DNA of 58,860 bases, counting the filler, from Sphacelaria rigidula (lineage: Eukaryota), in assembly GCA_964200075.2 (NCBI GenBank). It is 7 parts of 7 records of this genome, joined end to end, with 100 filler letters (N's around TTAATTAATTAA, not from the genome) between each part and the next. Parts side by side here need not be neighbours in the genome. Positions count along the whole stretch, not along the records: positions 1 to 8,324 come from CAXNAA020011519.1; positions 8,425 to 16,747 come from CAXNAA020011520.1; 5 more parts are not named here. One strand, written 5' to 3'. A model generated the notes under the pieces. The model saw only the letters and a list, made by a program, of their open reading frames with translations. It was not told the DNA's origin and did not search any database. The translations under genes and the position numbers were made by a program. Positions 1 through 14,108 of the stretch are shown here, one piece after another. The first letter of the stretch is position 1. Every line of letters starts with the position of its first letter.

Positions 1-959
1 GTGTTTGGGGGGGCGGGGACGACCAGCAAAAAACTACGGCGTGGCTCATGAGAATGCTCCCCCCCCCCCCCCCCCCTCACCTTCCCCAGGGTGGGAAAAA
101 GCTCGTTACGGTATGGGGGGGTATACCCCTGTTGTGAAGGTTGGGTACCCCTTAGATACCACAGATGATGACAGTATTAATAGTAGGAAATGTTCAGTGA
201 CAGTGGACCCGCCACAGTGCGGGGTCTCGTGATAGTGCGGCCATACGAGGTTGGCAACCCTCCTCACAACACTACGATGTGCGCCCCACTGCTCTCATGT
301 CCTGCATTGACTTGCAGTACACACTGTAGTACGGTAGGCGTCGGGAGTACGTTGAGAGGACGGATCGTACCTTGGGGCAATGAACTTATCCACCGGAATG
401 TGTTCGTACAGCGGGTGATAATCGATTGTAGCCTGGTTCCGCCGCGTCCGCTTCTCCTGATTCGCGGCGCGACAAGAAAGTCATCCAGCGGCCAAAACGC
501 TCGGCCACCGGCCCCGGAAAAAACGGAGATATGAAAACTCTTCGCAGTTGAACTGCTCGCATACAGATAAAACCCTAGAGATGACGTTTCACAGTTTCGC
601 ATGCTGATGAAACAGGAAATGCAAGGTTCCTGCCTGGCGTTTCCTTCACACTCCAGAGTCCACCGCATCTGAGGTGCAGCGGTGATTCGCAGTTTGGTAG
701 AGCTCCTTGCTCTGAAACGTTTTCGATACACGGATGAATGCGATATTCCAAACCCAATGATTGGAATTCCTTGAGATCATGAGGTTGGTTGGCATCGGGG
801 ACACCTCCATGTTGGAGTTGATCCCGGTCATATATATATGTTTATTTATTTATTTTTGTCGGGACTGTTTTCTTTCTTGGTTCGTTCGGGTTTTTTTTTC
901 GGTCAGGTTACTCAGCCTGTTCCACCTGTTTGCTTGTTGGACGTTTCGTCTTCGTTACC

Positions 960-1060
960 AAGCGTTTCCGTTTTCTTCAACGTAAGTACGTTTCCCTTGT
1001 GACCTCTGCTGGATCCCTTGGGGATCACTTCATTTCGACCGTCAATCGATCGATCAATCA
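960..1060 (+). repeat. Dispersed retroposon-like 3' end with (CAAT)n tail; related copies at ~3340-3440 (-) and ~33300-33410 (+)
   Basis: All three sites share tacgt...gtgacc...gatccct(t)gggg followed by a caatc-repeat tail. Confidence 0.5.
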
Positions 1061-1357
1061 CGGGGAATATACAGAAAACCGTATACCCTGTGCTTTTGGG
1101 AGCGGAACAGGGTAGTGCACTTGTAGGGTGCTGCACTTTTTGGTTTGGGGCCACGATGCTGCATGCGGGCCGAGGACCTGGGAAGCACGTTCCAGCGCCT
1201 CTGCCCCACCGCCGAGGTACCTGGACAGCATGTCTCACCTTTTAAAATTTATGATGCGTGACACTAGCCTTGACTGCGGCGCGGAAAAGGAGAGCCCGTT
1301 AGAGCACCCTCTTTTGCCAACATACCAACAGGGTACACCTGACCCTGAGGAAAAATA

Positions 1358-3028
1358 CAAGGGTCTACACGTTGCACGTGTCAAGAAGTAACTGTAAATT
1401 TCGAATTAAACGTCAACGTGAACGTTATATTGGTCAAACGTTGACAATAAAACCCGTGATATGAAACGTTTCGTGAAACGTGTAACGTCTATTACGCATT
1501 ACACGTGCGTTAGACGTTTCACGTTAAACGTTACATAAAACGTCATAAACACGTGACATGGAGCTGTGCACACTTCAAGTTTTCAATGAATTTTGAAATC
1601 CTAGAAAGATGAACTACTATACAGCGGTACAAGTACAGGCTGTGTATTTCGCCAACAGTACGAGGTTCCAAGTACAGGCTGTACTTTGCAAACACAGTAC
1701 GTCGTACAATTGTAGGCTGTACTTGTAACGTTGTACTACTGTGTTCCCGACGACAGGCTGTACTCTGCAAGTACAGTAGTGCAAGGTTGCAAGTATAGCC
1801 TGTACTATGCAAGCCTAGTAGTGCAAGGTTACAAGTACAGGCTATACTTGCGAACACAGTACGAGGTAGTTGCTGTACTTCGCAAATACAACGGACAGTA
1901 GTGGTACAAGGATACAAACAGCCCGTACACTGCACACACGGTATTAGAGTACGAGGTGGTCAATCATTTGTTCGCGACACGGGAGGCAGGCTCGCATTTA
2001 GCAGCGGTAATGTCGGCAACGTCTTGAGTTCTACACCATCTTGACTGCGAGGTTCAAGGCTACACGCAGATGCACGTACATGGTCGTGCACGCACATGTA
2101 CAGAATATGACTTCTACCTGCACTGCGGTACACGTGCAGGCTCTACTTTGTTTGCAAACACTCGTAACGGTCTCAGATTGAAAAAAAGTGGGCTCTCGAA
2201 TTAAAAGAAAACGACGCAAGAAGGGTGGATTTTCATGTTCCCCACATGAGGGGATATAATTTTTCCTCTAGATGAATGCATTGATTGCCTGGATCGCGGT
2301 GTAAACCTGTCATACATACGTGCATACATACGTACGCCTGCCTTTGACGGCCGTGATGAACTATCTTATTTTTCCATGTATACATGTATGTATACACCTA
2401 GAAAAGTACAAATATATTTCTCGTTAGTTACTATGATATATAAATGGTTGAATTGGGGTTGGGTTGGGTTGGGCGTTGGATTATTCTGTGAAAAAAAAAA
2501 ATCGAAATGTCGGGACGACTCAAGCCGGCGTCCAATCATGTTTGTGATCTGTTGTGTACACAGTGTGTGCTGCCGTGCGAATGACCACGCATTGAAATTA
2601 AAAATTGAACAAAAAGATGAAAAGAAAAGAGGAGATACTGAAAATACTACGGTCGAAAACGAATAAACGATACACTGTAGAGAAGCTAACGTTACATGAT
2701 CAGATAATGCGCGTACGCTCAAACATATGACGGACCATCGTCAGCTTCACGTACTCGGCAACGTCACGCGTTACACGACACGTTACAATTCCTTCAACAC
2801 TGGTGAATGAGCCGCGACATGCATGAAGTGAAACGCTACATTCGAGCGTTACACGTGTCAACAAAAAGTTATATATGTGACGTTTACACGTTTAATAAAA
2901 CGTTTCATATTACGTTACATGTAACGAAACGTGACGTTGAATTGTTTGCACGTGATGAACGTAACGTGAACGCAACGTTGAATTTGGAAACGAAACGTAA
3001 CGTGTGACGTGTTACGTGTAAACCCCTG
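1358..3028. mobile_element. Non-autonomous hAT-like TIR element with ACGT-rich subterminal arrays, inserted in the left arm of the inverted repeat
   Basis: Ends are caagggtctacacgt and acgtgtaaacccctg. AACGT/CACGT motifs are dense at ~1365-1560 and ~2745-3020. The host repeat resumes colinearly on both sides. No clear TSD. Confidence 0.65.
1625..1935. repeat. Degenerate GTAC-rich tandem repeat inside the hAT-like element
   Basis: Recurring caagtacaggctgtact, aacacagtacgagg and tagtgcaaggtt units. Confidence 0.7.
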
Positions 3029-6000
3029 AAGAAAGGTCATATTATGCTCTTTTTTGTTCATCTGCGTAACTGTTTTTGTTCAGTGGTGACCCTTACCGCG
3101 GGCTCTGCATAAAACCCGACGGCCAAGAAATTGTAGCCTGCTGTTGGTTCCCCCGCGGATCCCCAAGATCCGACGATGCACGCAGGGCGCGAATGCTGCT
3201 GTTCGGGAGATCAAAAAGACCCAAACATGTGTGTGTGTGACAAGGTTTGCCGATACACACACACTCGAACGTCATCATCATCACCGCCGAAGGAGTGCAA
3301 TACAAAGTTTCGGATTCTCGGTGAGAAGTATAACGATGTCAGATGATTGATTCGATTCATTGCTGGACCTTGAGTGACTCCCCAGGGATCACTCGGGGTC
3401 ATATGATGGACGTACAGTAGACGTACGCGAGAAACAAACAATCCTCCCCACGAACGGTGTTATTTAGCAGGGCGGCAGTGGCGGCGGCCCTTTATCACAC
3501 CGCACATTAATCACCTCGGTCTACCTCCACAAAAACGATGAGCGAGTGGCGACTGGCATCTACTTCGTAGGGCATCTCCAAGTGGTGATATGTTATGCAT
3601 CGGGTTCGAAGCCGTGGATGAAGGAAATAATCTGGTTGTGATCGCACTGGGCGTCGCGTCCTGCTAACAGAGCAAACTTGACTATATCGTCGTACATCCG
3701 TGTTTTGCGACCGGGTTCACGCTGTGCGCATGCTGTCCAACCTGCTGACAACAGCAACCGAAGACATACTGAGAACTCTCGGGCAAGGGGGGTGCGAAGA
3801 GTGCCTTACGCGAAGTGTGCGTTGGTAGGCCTCAAACCAGTGCCCATGGCGCAGGTTTCGACAAGGACATGTAATGCGGACTTCACGAAGCACTTGGGAC
3901 TGTCAGCCCGACTAAAATCCCAAATCTCGGTGTCTACACTCAAATCGAGTAATTATGCATGGACAGAATATATCCAAACTGGGACAAACTATACTGAAAT
4001 AGGACCAAATAAAGGCGACCAAGCAAAATCCATGCGTGCAGCTGGCGGGCGGGTATGTCCTCCTTCATCTTCGAGGATCTACCTCGCAGCTATCCAGGAG
4101 AGAGTCTATTGCGCGTCAAAAATCTGATTTTCTCGTGTTAAAAATCCTCGGCTATGTGTGTGCGTTCTCATCACATCTATTCTGCATGCCAGACTACACC
4201 TTTCGGAATGTGTGGGCGCATCAGTCCGAATTGCAGCAGCACATCCGATGATGCGTAATCCGACTCGTACGTTACTGCAATCCGGTCGATAGCTGTCGTC
4301 CCGATCGACAAACCGCTCCCGCAGCGCTCCAATCTGCGACGTGGTGACGCGATATCGTGACGATCGGGTGTGTGTTTGCCGGCAAGACTTGTCACGCACA
4401 CATGTTTGGATCTTTGTAATCTCCCGCACAGAAGCGTTCGCGCCCTACGTGCATCACCGGACCTTCCGTGTCTGAGAGGAAACCAGCGGGCGACAATTTT
4501 TTGGCCGTTGGGTTCTGGCCTTTTGAGAGACGTGTAATTTGACAAAATAGAAAATGCTTGTGAGTGTTCGGCGTAACTTCTGCGGAGCCCGCGGTAGGGT
4601 CACTTTTAAACAAAAAAGAGTATGTACATTTGCATAAAAGAGTACGCAGATGAACAAAAAAAGGCATGCGACACCTCTTTTTTCCTGGGAGTCGGGTGTA
4701 CCCTATTCGTTTGTTGACGAAAAAGGATGCTCTAACAAGCCCTCCTTTTCCTCGCCGCAGTTATGCATGCTGCCTAGGCACCTTACATGGGACTGAGGCG
4801 CTGGGACGTGTTTTCGAGTTGCTTTTTTTTCTGTTTTTGAGTTGCTCGGCCCGCATGCAGCGTCGCACCTCCAACCCGAAAAGTGCACTACCCTGTTTTG
4901 CTCCTAAACCACAGGGTATAGCATTCTTTATATATTCCCCAGCAGATCATCCCGCAATCTCCGGGGCGAGTATTTGCTGTTTATTGACTGTATTATCTGT
5001 ACGCCACTGTTCTGCATCGCAATGCTACAACAGCGGAAGCGGCGGTAAAGATGGAGTATAGCTTCACATCTTGCGCCTACTTCCAGAGAATATTCCACCC
5101 TCAGCTCGCAACGTGTCCGCGGGAACACAAATTGGACCCGGCCGCACGTGCTAGAGGTTCACTGTACGCGGGCGCAAACTCGCCGCGCCCCAGTGATGTA
5201 ATTGGTTCATCTGACACTAATTAGTGCACAACAACAGCAGCTCTGTACCAGCAGGTACATGTCTGATGAATATCTGGTTTGTGTCCTTGGGCACGTGAGG
5301 ACGTTGGTCGAATAGAGATATATTTTGACAACCGTTGACGCGGTGCGGAAGTGGTGATCCAAGTAGCGGTACCAAATGCGAGGGGTGTACCGGGAGAGAG
5401 GTGCGCCGGCTTCGTTGAATCTACGGACTCCTCCCAAGTATAGGTGGACTTTAAAGTCGTTGGGGAGGGAAGAAAGAGCACCACGGGGCGCCCCGAAACT
5501 ATCTCTCGAGTTCTACATGAAAAAAGCGGGTCCGCGTACCGCACATCAGGAACTAAGTTGGGTTTATTTTCGGCTGAAGTTCACAGTTTCTAACCTAAAT
5601 CGAAAAACTAGCGGTCGTGCGTATCACTCCATCTTTGCTAGGGTCGGACGAATCATCGGTAGTCCGGATGACGAAATGCACCGTTCTGAGGCCTAATTGC
5701 TCAAACGAGACAGCGCAAAACGTTGACCGCGGGCCAAAGAACGAATACTGTAGGCACACCAGCACGACCCATGTCACGCGGCGTAGTGTGAGGCTGGTAG
5801 AGCGGCCCATGCTGGCGTATAACCGGCAATCTGACTACGAACGATGACTGAAGCGGCGTGAGATGTCTTGACTGTGCGCAAAAGATGCAAGCAGTCGGAT
5901 GAATCATGATTCGTCTGAGGATGTGTTGTTTTTAGTCTTGCTGATTCGTGCAAATCCTTGAGCTTCATTTCTGGCGTTCCACTCCAGGTACGCGTTTCCC

Positions 6001-8324
6001 ACGAACGCGGAATAGCGACAACTTACGGTTGAGATCCAATCTCGCGTTGTCACACTGAACGATCACCGGAGGGTACATCTCTAGTTTTGCGACGGCGAAG
6101 GCCACGCAACCAACCCCTCCTCTAACACCACGCCGTCTTCTGTAACATGAGTGATGGTACCATGTCAACGATTCAGGTCTAGAACAGGTTTGAAAGCATC
6201 CGCGGCGGCGTGCAGAACCGCCTCCTTCCTGCGAATCTCCCGGGCAACGTATGTGGTCGTTCACGATGTCCGTGTGGGTTGCGCATTGGAATTCTATGTT
6301 GGGGCCGGGGGAAAAGTGTGACTCAGGGACAGGATATCGTGCGTGGAGAGGCCTCAGAGCTGCATCTGACCATGGAGCACTCTACATAATAATGTAGCCC
6401 TGCGACAACACAGTACAGCACCGTGGAGAAGTGAAGTGCGAGTGCAGCGCAAAGACGGTAAAGCACATCACCCTCAAGTGCAGTTCATCTTCATACTCAT
6501 TGTTGTGAGGCAGGGCACCACCCGCCATTTTCATCGACCGCACGCAAATCATAATCTCCCTGCCCAATATACCTGCGGTGATACCTGGCGCATGTACGAT
6601 CTGTACTGTCAGGAGATTGGCGGCTGCTTTCGCGCGGGTGGGTTCGAAAGGCTTAACGCCTCCTACCATATCACGGTATGTCACCTGACGTGCGTCTCGT
6701 GTACACATCTGTGGGGTCAATAATTCTCATAAACCTGTCGGTAAATACAGTGATGGGTGCGCCTGACCCCCCAAAGTAGGCAAAAAAAGCGTTACCGACC
6801 AAAATTACGAACATACACGAACAGACCGACTTCTGGGACTTATCTAGGCTCGTGGGGTAAAATGTGCCTTATTACGTCGTCGGAACAGAACGGCAAGGGT
6901 CCAAAATTGATGTCGAAAAAAAGTGGGCTGCATTCTAAAATCAGAACCCTACCGTTATTCCGTTGTCGTTCCTCATATATTACATGCCATTGCGTCGCTT
7001 TTCGTCCGCGCTTGCGATACGCTGGAATACAAGGAGGGTAGTTGGGTTGACACAACCCAACGCACACCGAGAACCCTCGGGCAAAGGCGGTATATCGATT
7101 TCCCTTAATAAAGTGAGGCCTTGGTAGACCCCAAATCGGCGCCTGTGGCGCCGATGTCAACGAAAATGCGTTCTGCGCACCCGAGGAGCACACGGGACTG
7201 TCAGCCCTACTAAAATTCTGATTCTCGTTGTACACACTGAAGTCAAGTAATATCAACCAAGAACATTTGTAGCCCAACGCCGGTAACTGAAATCAGGACG
7301 CTGAACCATTTCTTGGGGGATGCGGTTCGAAATTGGGCGAGCATAATGTGCTCAACATGCGACAGAGCCATATACACCGATTACTTTCAACGAGGACGGC
7401 CCTTATTACTTTCAACGAGGACGGCCCTTACACAGACAAGTGGAGTACAAATAGTCACCGGGTGTGTGATGTGAGCTGGGCGGGTGTTGGTCGACCACCT
7501 CGTCATGTTTTGAGGAGCTTGATTTATCGGATGCCATCGTTCCACAATTTATGGCGGATGAATGGCTCGCCGTGTGCAAGTGTATTTGTTAGTCCGTGGG
7601 CATGGCTTTTCATTCCATGAACATGATATTACCCCTTCGACCGCGAGGGTTGTGTCACCCTCTGAATCGGCATCAATTTTCACTTGAAAAAAGTATGCAT
7701 GGTCCAGATGGACAGGTCTAGGGGTAAATCGGACTCCAAAGGTATTGTGTTCCAAGAGGGAATGAAAACAAACCGTCAGCCGTCACCCACCCGTGCCGAT
7801 ACAAGAGACGCGTATCTTAGGACGGGTGGGTAAGACATGACTAGGGCTTTGGTGCCATGAGGCTTCAGCGAAAGTGGGCCGACGACTTTATGCTGTCTTT
7901 TGTGTCGTCTGGATGCAGTATACTTCACCGTTCGGGAGGGTAAGTTGGTCCATCTTGAGCTTGGTGTGGAAGCCGAAATCCGGATCTTTCCTGAGGGCTG
8001 TGCTCTTTTTATGCTCCTAGCGTGCGCAGAACGCGTTCTTGTCTGAATCGTCGCCTGGGGCGCCGATTTCATGTCTGGCAACGCACCCTTCGCCTAGGGA
8101 ACACGTTGCACCCCCTTGCTCGAGGGTTCTTGGTATGCCTTCGTTGTGGTTAGAGTTAGTGTGATAATGTGTTCTCTTCGCTGCTGCGAGGTCGCGAAGA
8201 TAATTCTTACTTCTGGGGGGCCGGTCGAAGGTTCGAATTCTACACCTGTCGAACATTCCACATATAACAGTGTTTTCGTGAGATTGAGAGTAGATGGTCC
8301 GATTGAGAGTGGCTTTGATCATTC

Positions 8325-8424
8325 NNNNNNNNNNNNNNNNNNNNNNNNNNNNNNNNNNNNNNNNNNNNTTAATTAATTAANNNNNNNNNNNNNNNNNNNN
8401 NNNNNNNNNNNNNNNNNNNNNNNN
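8325..8424. other. Artificial 100-nt contig spacer (N44-TTAATTAATTAA-N44)
   Basis: Identical spacers occur at 8325-8424, 16748-16847, 25171-25270, 33594-33693, 42017-42116 and 50439-50538. The intervening segments are 8322-8324 bp in decreasing order, as expected for length-sorted contigs. Confidence 0.97.
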
Positions 8425-11400
8425 CACGAGTCAACTTATTATACTAAAACCAAGTAATTTCCTGACGGATCATTATTTGTCCTAACCGTGCTATGTTTTA
8501 TTAGTCCTCCGTCTGAGTGTGGAGAGCTTTTCAATTTTGGGCCAGTGCCGAGTTTGAACCCTCGGCCATAGTCGCGCTTCTTTCGATTTACTTCGGGTTA
8601 CTCCAATCTGTGTGTGGGAGCTTTGGCTTGTGATACGGGCGTCGCCCGCTGATTTAATTAAGCAGATCCCGTCCCGGTACATATTCATTTTGCCAACAAT
8701 AACGCTGACCCTATATACAACCGCAAACCCGAACCCTCTACTGGTTGTACAAGTCAAATCGAGGGCGCGGCGGCAGTAATGCGGGAATTCATGCCTACGA
8801 TACTCGTAGCCATCTTGGGAGGGAGTTGTACTGCCGGCTTAGACTGCGGCACCGCACGATGCGAAATAAAAGTGTTAACAGACAACAGTGGGTACAGGAC
8901 TGCTGTACAAAAAAACCTGCGATCGCGGAACTACAGGCGCAAATACAATATGATTGGTACGCACTTGAATGAAAATAAAAAAGTGCTTGTTGTAATTCAT
9001 ACTACTGATGACTGTTTATTGTGCGTACTGTTGTCGCTCACTTTTTTGTTTAACTTCCACAACGCCACAACAGACAGTCGTTGTGCACTAGACTAGAAAA
9101 GGTATACCTCATCTTGAAATCAACTGATCGGTGTATGGAAACAAGTGGAACACAGACTGAGACAGTCAGTACGCGGGTTGGCGAAAGGCTGGCTCCATCA
9201 CTTGAATATGGAGTACTCGTAGCAATAGTCAGTCTGGATCTTGCATGACAGGCACAGCGGTCCGCCTGCATCAAACTGCATGACTCAAGTACTGTATAAT
9301 TGAAGACCAAATTCCTTGGTTTTAGTGCCAAAAACACACAAACTACTCGGGTTTAGAACAGGCCATACAGTTGTGGTACTACAGTACCACTGTTCTGTGA
9401 GATGTACTGGTTCGGAAGGACATGCGCGATTTCCACCAGTCGGCAATGCCCTTGCAACAAGGGAGACATACATTTTCATTTGGTGCGCATTTCTTGCGCG
9501 ACCCGACGCATGTCTCCGATGGAAACGACTCTGGCTGCATGTAGACAGTCTAGGATACCACCGACCATCGTCATGCTCAAGGGCGCGGGCAAATCACAAG
9601 TAGATCGCACATACCGGATTGCGCTGTCGACACAACGGTCATCACCAAAAAGCATACATCAGCATACACACACCCTACCGCACGAAGATGACCGTCACCA
9701 GACTGACAGCTAAAATAGACTCGTTAGTCAGTCGGAGCCGTATTTCGCCATTTCAGTACAGTACTGTCGGTACGGCACCGCACTGTCTGTACTGCACTGT
9801 TGTACTCGCAAACAACGTTTTCAAAATAAGGTCGGAAACGGACTACAATAGCATTAGAGTGCAGCGCGATAGTCTACGATACGGTAGTACCGTTGCCGTG
9901 TCATCACGAGTACATGTGATCCAGCCGAGGGTCTCCACACCGCCATATTCCCCATGATACTAATAATGAGTGAAAGTACATACCGTACAGACATCCCGCC
10001 ACGTTTCCATGACAGGGCATCCCGTGCCTTTTAGATCATTTTTTGTGGCACAAATGAAGGAAGCGGAGACGAGACACATTGCGCGTGCTGCAACTGGCCG
10101 GGAAAAAAAAAACAGTTGAAGCACGTATTCGCCGCCTCTTCACGTGAAGAGCAGACTACGTTGTCCACACCTTCGAGTGCGTTTTCTGCTGCCACTGGAA
10201 CCGTGTTAGTACTGCACTTGTTGTACGAGTATGACCTGACACTCACCTACAGGAGTATAGTATCCATCAAAACCTAGTGTTTGTTCAAAAAACATCCCCT
10301 ACTCTTGAATAGTGGGTGATCCGTCCTGGTAGGGGTGTGTACAATCAATCAACGAGCGCGCAGCGGTGAACGCTTGGTAGAATGATCGGATCATTGCGAC
10401 TGAAGGTCACAAGATGGAGCTGCTGTGGCGCCTGCATGTTTGCGTTGAAAGCGGGTTAACTGCTTTCGCGCTTGTATGATATATACACCGAAGACTGAAC
10501 GGTACTTCTCCCTCAGACGAACTGAACTGCATCGTGCAAGCAGATTATATTCAAAATAAATGAATATATGTCCCCCCTTCATGCGGCCTTCCCGCAGTTT
10601 CACTGACCGGCCCTGATTGTGCGACGTGTCGGGTGTGACGAAAAGATCGTAGTTTCAGCTGGCTACCCCTCACGGAAGCGCTGAAGGTTATCGTGCATTT
10701 CATCACGGGAAAAAAAAAAACACCAGCCCCTCCCGCTTCTGCCCCTCTCGACCCGAACATGGACGAAAAGGAACTGATGCGCAACGCTTTTCAGCGAAAC
10801 ATCCAGCTCGCAAAAAAGAAAAAACAACGGTTACCGATCTACCGGTAAATCTCACATCGGTGCACTAGATAACACCCTTCCTCAACCCCCAATATATATG
10901 ACAGATAGAATAGTGTGGGTGGCGACATGAAGCGCATACACGCATCATTTCAAAAAGGAAGTTCATATTGAGGGATAAATGAAACTCTCAAAACTCTTTG
11001 AAGTGCAGACAAGTGCACGAGCAGTGCGTTACGAAACGCATGCTGGGTGGGTTGTAGGGTAGATACATTGGCTGCCCTGGATGATTTATGGGTGATGCTC
11101 GGCAACGGACATGCGGATGGTCTGTCAGGTAGAATCCAGTTTCCCCTCAGGAAGCGACAACAGTACAGTCAGTGTCCTGTTATGTGACAACAGTTGAACA
11201 GCACGTATCGAAGAAAGTGTAGGGAACTATCTTGACATGCACGCAAGGCCGCCAGACCTTTGAGGCTTGTAAAGCGCCCGGGCTTTTTCGATGCTTGCGT
11301 CGATGGTACTCCGTGTGTTATCATCAGCAGTGTACGGCAGGAAGGACGAATGTTCTCTAGTCGTTATGCTTATCTTCGGGCAGAGGGGGGGAGGGGGGGG

Positions 11401-14108
11401 GGGGGGAAGGCGGGAGGCCGTACTGTAATGTGCTATCGGACATATGAAACCGTCTCCATGTCTGGATAGCTCACCTGTCTACAAACAACACACACGATCA
11501 GGAATAGCGTGTACATTAGTATGATAGTTGTGACATAAACAAACAAGAGACGTTGAGAGATTTTATGTACACATACCATCGAACCGCGTATCATATGTTG
11601 GCCGGCGACGCAAGAGTCACAGGCTCTCTGCGGTACTTCGTTCATAGCACGACACGTCATCCACCACTGCGTAGTCATTTCCCCCTTTTGGTCCGCCTGA
11701 ATGCGAAGAAAGCCTTGGGAGGAGGCTCAACGCGCACATGGTGCAGGCACAGCACGGAGCTTGCAACGGCACCCGAATAACTTGAATTTAGAGTACCACC
11801 TGCCACATCATTGATTCGTCGACTCAAGGGAACAAAATCATTTTTCTTTCTGTAGTCAAAAAGTGTAGGCACCCGGCCACAAACACGAACTCAATCATCA
11901 CCTGCTGCAGCGTCCGCACTTCATGGTCGATAGCGCCTGGATTCATCCGCATGGGCACCGCAGGGGGCATCGTCACTCAGCTGATATCCACCTCTACTGC
12001 CGTGATCGTTGACGGTCGCCGATGACATTATCAATGACTTAGTCCGTTTTTGAATTTGTCGTCGTGATATTAGACCGTATATCATGTCAGCCCCCGTTGG
12101 TCGTTCAATTATTGGGTACTGAAACGATCTGTGCTGGGGTTCCGAAAATAAATGTAAACTAGTTGTTAGTGTTCCAAGCTATAAATTTCTTGGAACTTCA
12201 GGCATTATAGCGTGCCAACAGCTGTCCATTTCTGCTATTGAAACTCGTGCTACGTGCTTCACTCCTGTATATAGAAGATTTCCCGATTATTGTTGCAAGA
12301 TCTTCCCGAAATAATCGAAATTTAGACGATCTTTTTGTGAGATACTAATGTATCTTCTGTATAGTTAGACATGTTAATCTTAATATATATACATCCAGAG
12401 GGGTTGCGTTCTCTGGCCCGTCTTTCTCCCGACACCATGGTACGGAAAGTTATGGTTGACTAGATAATCGATATTGCGGGTTATCTAATCCAAAATCATC
12501 ACGCATAGGCATCATGGGATATCAGATTGTTGATTGCCCAAGTGAGGTAAACTGACGACGACTCTATTTATTTCACACAACAGTAGTATCGTAGTGACAA
12601 ACATATGTGCGCGGGGGGTGGGGTACCCCTTATGTTGTCATGGGGATACAATGGAAAAAGCAGGGTAGATGCGGTGCTGAGTGCTGCGGAGGTTTCGATC
12701 TTTGGACGATCCTTGAGATTATGCCTGGGGTGCTTGGGGGTGCGATGAGCCCTGGAGGGGGGGTGGGATGAACGAATCAAGGAACAGTAGACGCAGCTAC
12801 CGGTATTGACTGAGCCGTTCCTTAGTATTTCTGCTTTGCGAGTTGGGTGTCAAGGTATGTTGCAGTTGTTTGTCATGGAAGGTCCCGCGCGATCTCCGCA
12901 GGTTTTTGCACGATACCTCTGCGGTGTAATCGTTTGCCCACAACCACGACAGTAGTCGCTGTGGGTACTCGTTCGCGGCCGACCCCGCACCTGACCGTCC
13001 TTTGCAGGTGCCTACCAAGACTATCCGTGTACCGTGGTGTTTCACGCTTGCCGCCAGATTCCCCTGGCGATTGAGACCGAATAGTTTTTGAGTCTACGGT
13101 ACCCAATGGACAATTGAGAGAGTCTTGTTCCCCTGATATCTATCTTGTGCAACAACTGCCACACCACCAGGCTATGTGGCATACCCTCCAAGTGCACTGA
13201 CTGACCGTAAACGCATCCCCTCTACCGGTACGGTTGGGTACCGCGCTTTTCACGCATGGTAATATTTCATATCCTCACAGGTTTGTTCTGTCCGCCAACA
13301 CTGATGACAGACCGCCGTGACTTCGTCCTGTGCGATTCACGTGTATACAAACACATTTGTGTGCTGCCAACACTCATACAACAACCAGTTGCACACAGCG
13401 GTATAAGGGGTATACTGTGTATTTGCAACGTTCCACACTTCTGTGGAGCAATCCATGTGTTTCGAAGTCTTGGTTCTGTAAGTTATGCACACGTTGGGCA
13501 ACCTCATGTGGATGTCCTTTAGTACGCTGTATACATGTTAGCGACTCAAGTAAAGTGTGGGATATTGCCATGTATGTACCCTCACAGTACCCTTCTCTGA
13601 GGTGAAGGGAGAATAAGGCTTTATCACACACCCGACAAACACCACTGGCGGGAGACGAAAACGGCTGCAATACAAAGTGTACTTACTGTGTGCATGCACG
13701 CATCGCATAACCAACCGCCGCCTGCTGAGCCGGCGTAATGGGCTGTAGTGGGAACAGGATCACGGGAGTAGATCTACGGCATGGATCCACTACTTTTTGC
13801 TTTCCACTGCGGTGCCATCTAATGCTTGGACCACAGCTGTGTTTCTCTCGCATTTTCCCGCTACACAAGGATATTTAGTAGGCCTCTGGTCGGTCAATTG
13901 ACCAGACCTTTCGGCCGCCGCCATTGGCGTCAAAGAAAAGACGACCCCATACGGGGACAATCGGAGACCCTCCACTGCGGGGCCTCCTCCGGGGTGGAGA
14001 TGTTGCTGATAAAACTCCACCATGTTGCTTCACCTCGTTGTCTGCATCGACGACTACGGAGACGAAGGTGTTCAACGAGGGGACGGTGGAGAACATCATG
14101 GACAATAA

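Larger units (their letters stand above)
1062..4940. repeat. Long diverged inverted repeat pair; left arm ~1062-1357 plus ~3029-3290, right arm ~4340-4940
   Basis: Colinear reverse-complement blocks: ggggaatatacagaaaaccgtataccctgtg with cacagggtatagcattctttatatattcccc; tgctgcatgcgggccgag with ctcggcccgcatgcagc; ttttttgttcatctgcgta with tacgcagatgaacaaaaaaa; gatgcacgcagggcgcgaa with ttcgcgccctacgtgcatc. Confidence 0.8.

Noticed and set aside
7381-7430. 23-bp tandem duplication; similar small duplications at ~29009-29043 and ~39642-39675
   Set aside because: Ordinary local slippage with no further structure.
8369-8380. TTAATTAATTAA motif recurring at an ~8423-bp period
   Set aside because: It is the artificial linker within the N spacers.
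8430-8750. Possible non-autonomous Helitron (tatactaaaa start, ctggt end)
   Set aside because: The termini are non-canonical and there is no clear 3' hairpin.
8780-14100. Many short ORFs in contig 2 as exons of a host gene
   Set aside because: No recognisable domain or consistent exon chain could be built by eye.
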